From positions 53,075 through 73,074 of the forward strand of contig JYFJ02001692.1 of the NCBI GenBank assembly GCA_000934665.2: a stretch of DNA of 20,000 bases, read 5' to 3'. The notes beneath the pieces were generated by a model. It saw only the letters and a program-made list of their open reading frames with translations, did no database searches and was not told where the DNA came from. The DNA is from Catajapyx aquilonaris (lineage: Eukaryota). Shown here one piece after another: positions 19,906-20,000 of the stretch; the first letter of the stretch is position 1; every line of letters begins with the position of its first letter. The position numbers and the translations under genes were made by a program.

Positions 19906-20000
19906 GGGGAGAGCGGGGATGGTTCGGACAGCGGGATGGTTCGGACATAATTCAAATTTCCCCCAATTGAGGCGATTGTCATGCCTCTGACGCGTGGACG
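19906..20000. mobile_element. Probable left end of a TA-target TIR element
   Basis: TA|GGGGAGAGCGGGG followed by a duplicated GGGATGGTTCGGACA. Runs off the window. Confidence 0.4.

Overview
AT-rich animal genomic DNA, most likely an arthropod judging from the TAF1 peptide and the repeat types. The only host gene is a spliced TAF1 (TFIID subunit 1) on the + strand, with four exons (about 12005-12447, 16492-16866, 17832-18190, 18391-18653) and phase-compatible GT-AG introns. The first exon has a frameshifting deletion of a conserved block and several normally invariant residues are changed, so this copy looks like a decaying paralogue or pseudogene. Most of the rest is nested transposable elements. 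These include two piggyBac-type TTAA MITEs, CACTG, Tc1/pogo and Sola-like MITEs, and non-autonomous Helitrons. There are also several tRNA-derived SINE families with swapped 3' modules, a free-standing RTE/BovB-like 5' structured segment, and a mariner derivative whose right end is an inverted copy of its left end. An AcademX-like XPG-domain relic is split by an RNase H-bearing LINE fragment with a clear twin-priming 5' inversion and a 14-bp TSD. Family names come from recalled motifs, not database searches. I found no convincing wholly new multi-gene system.
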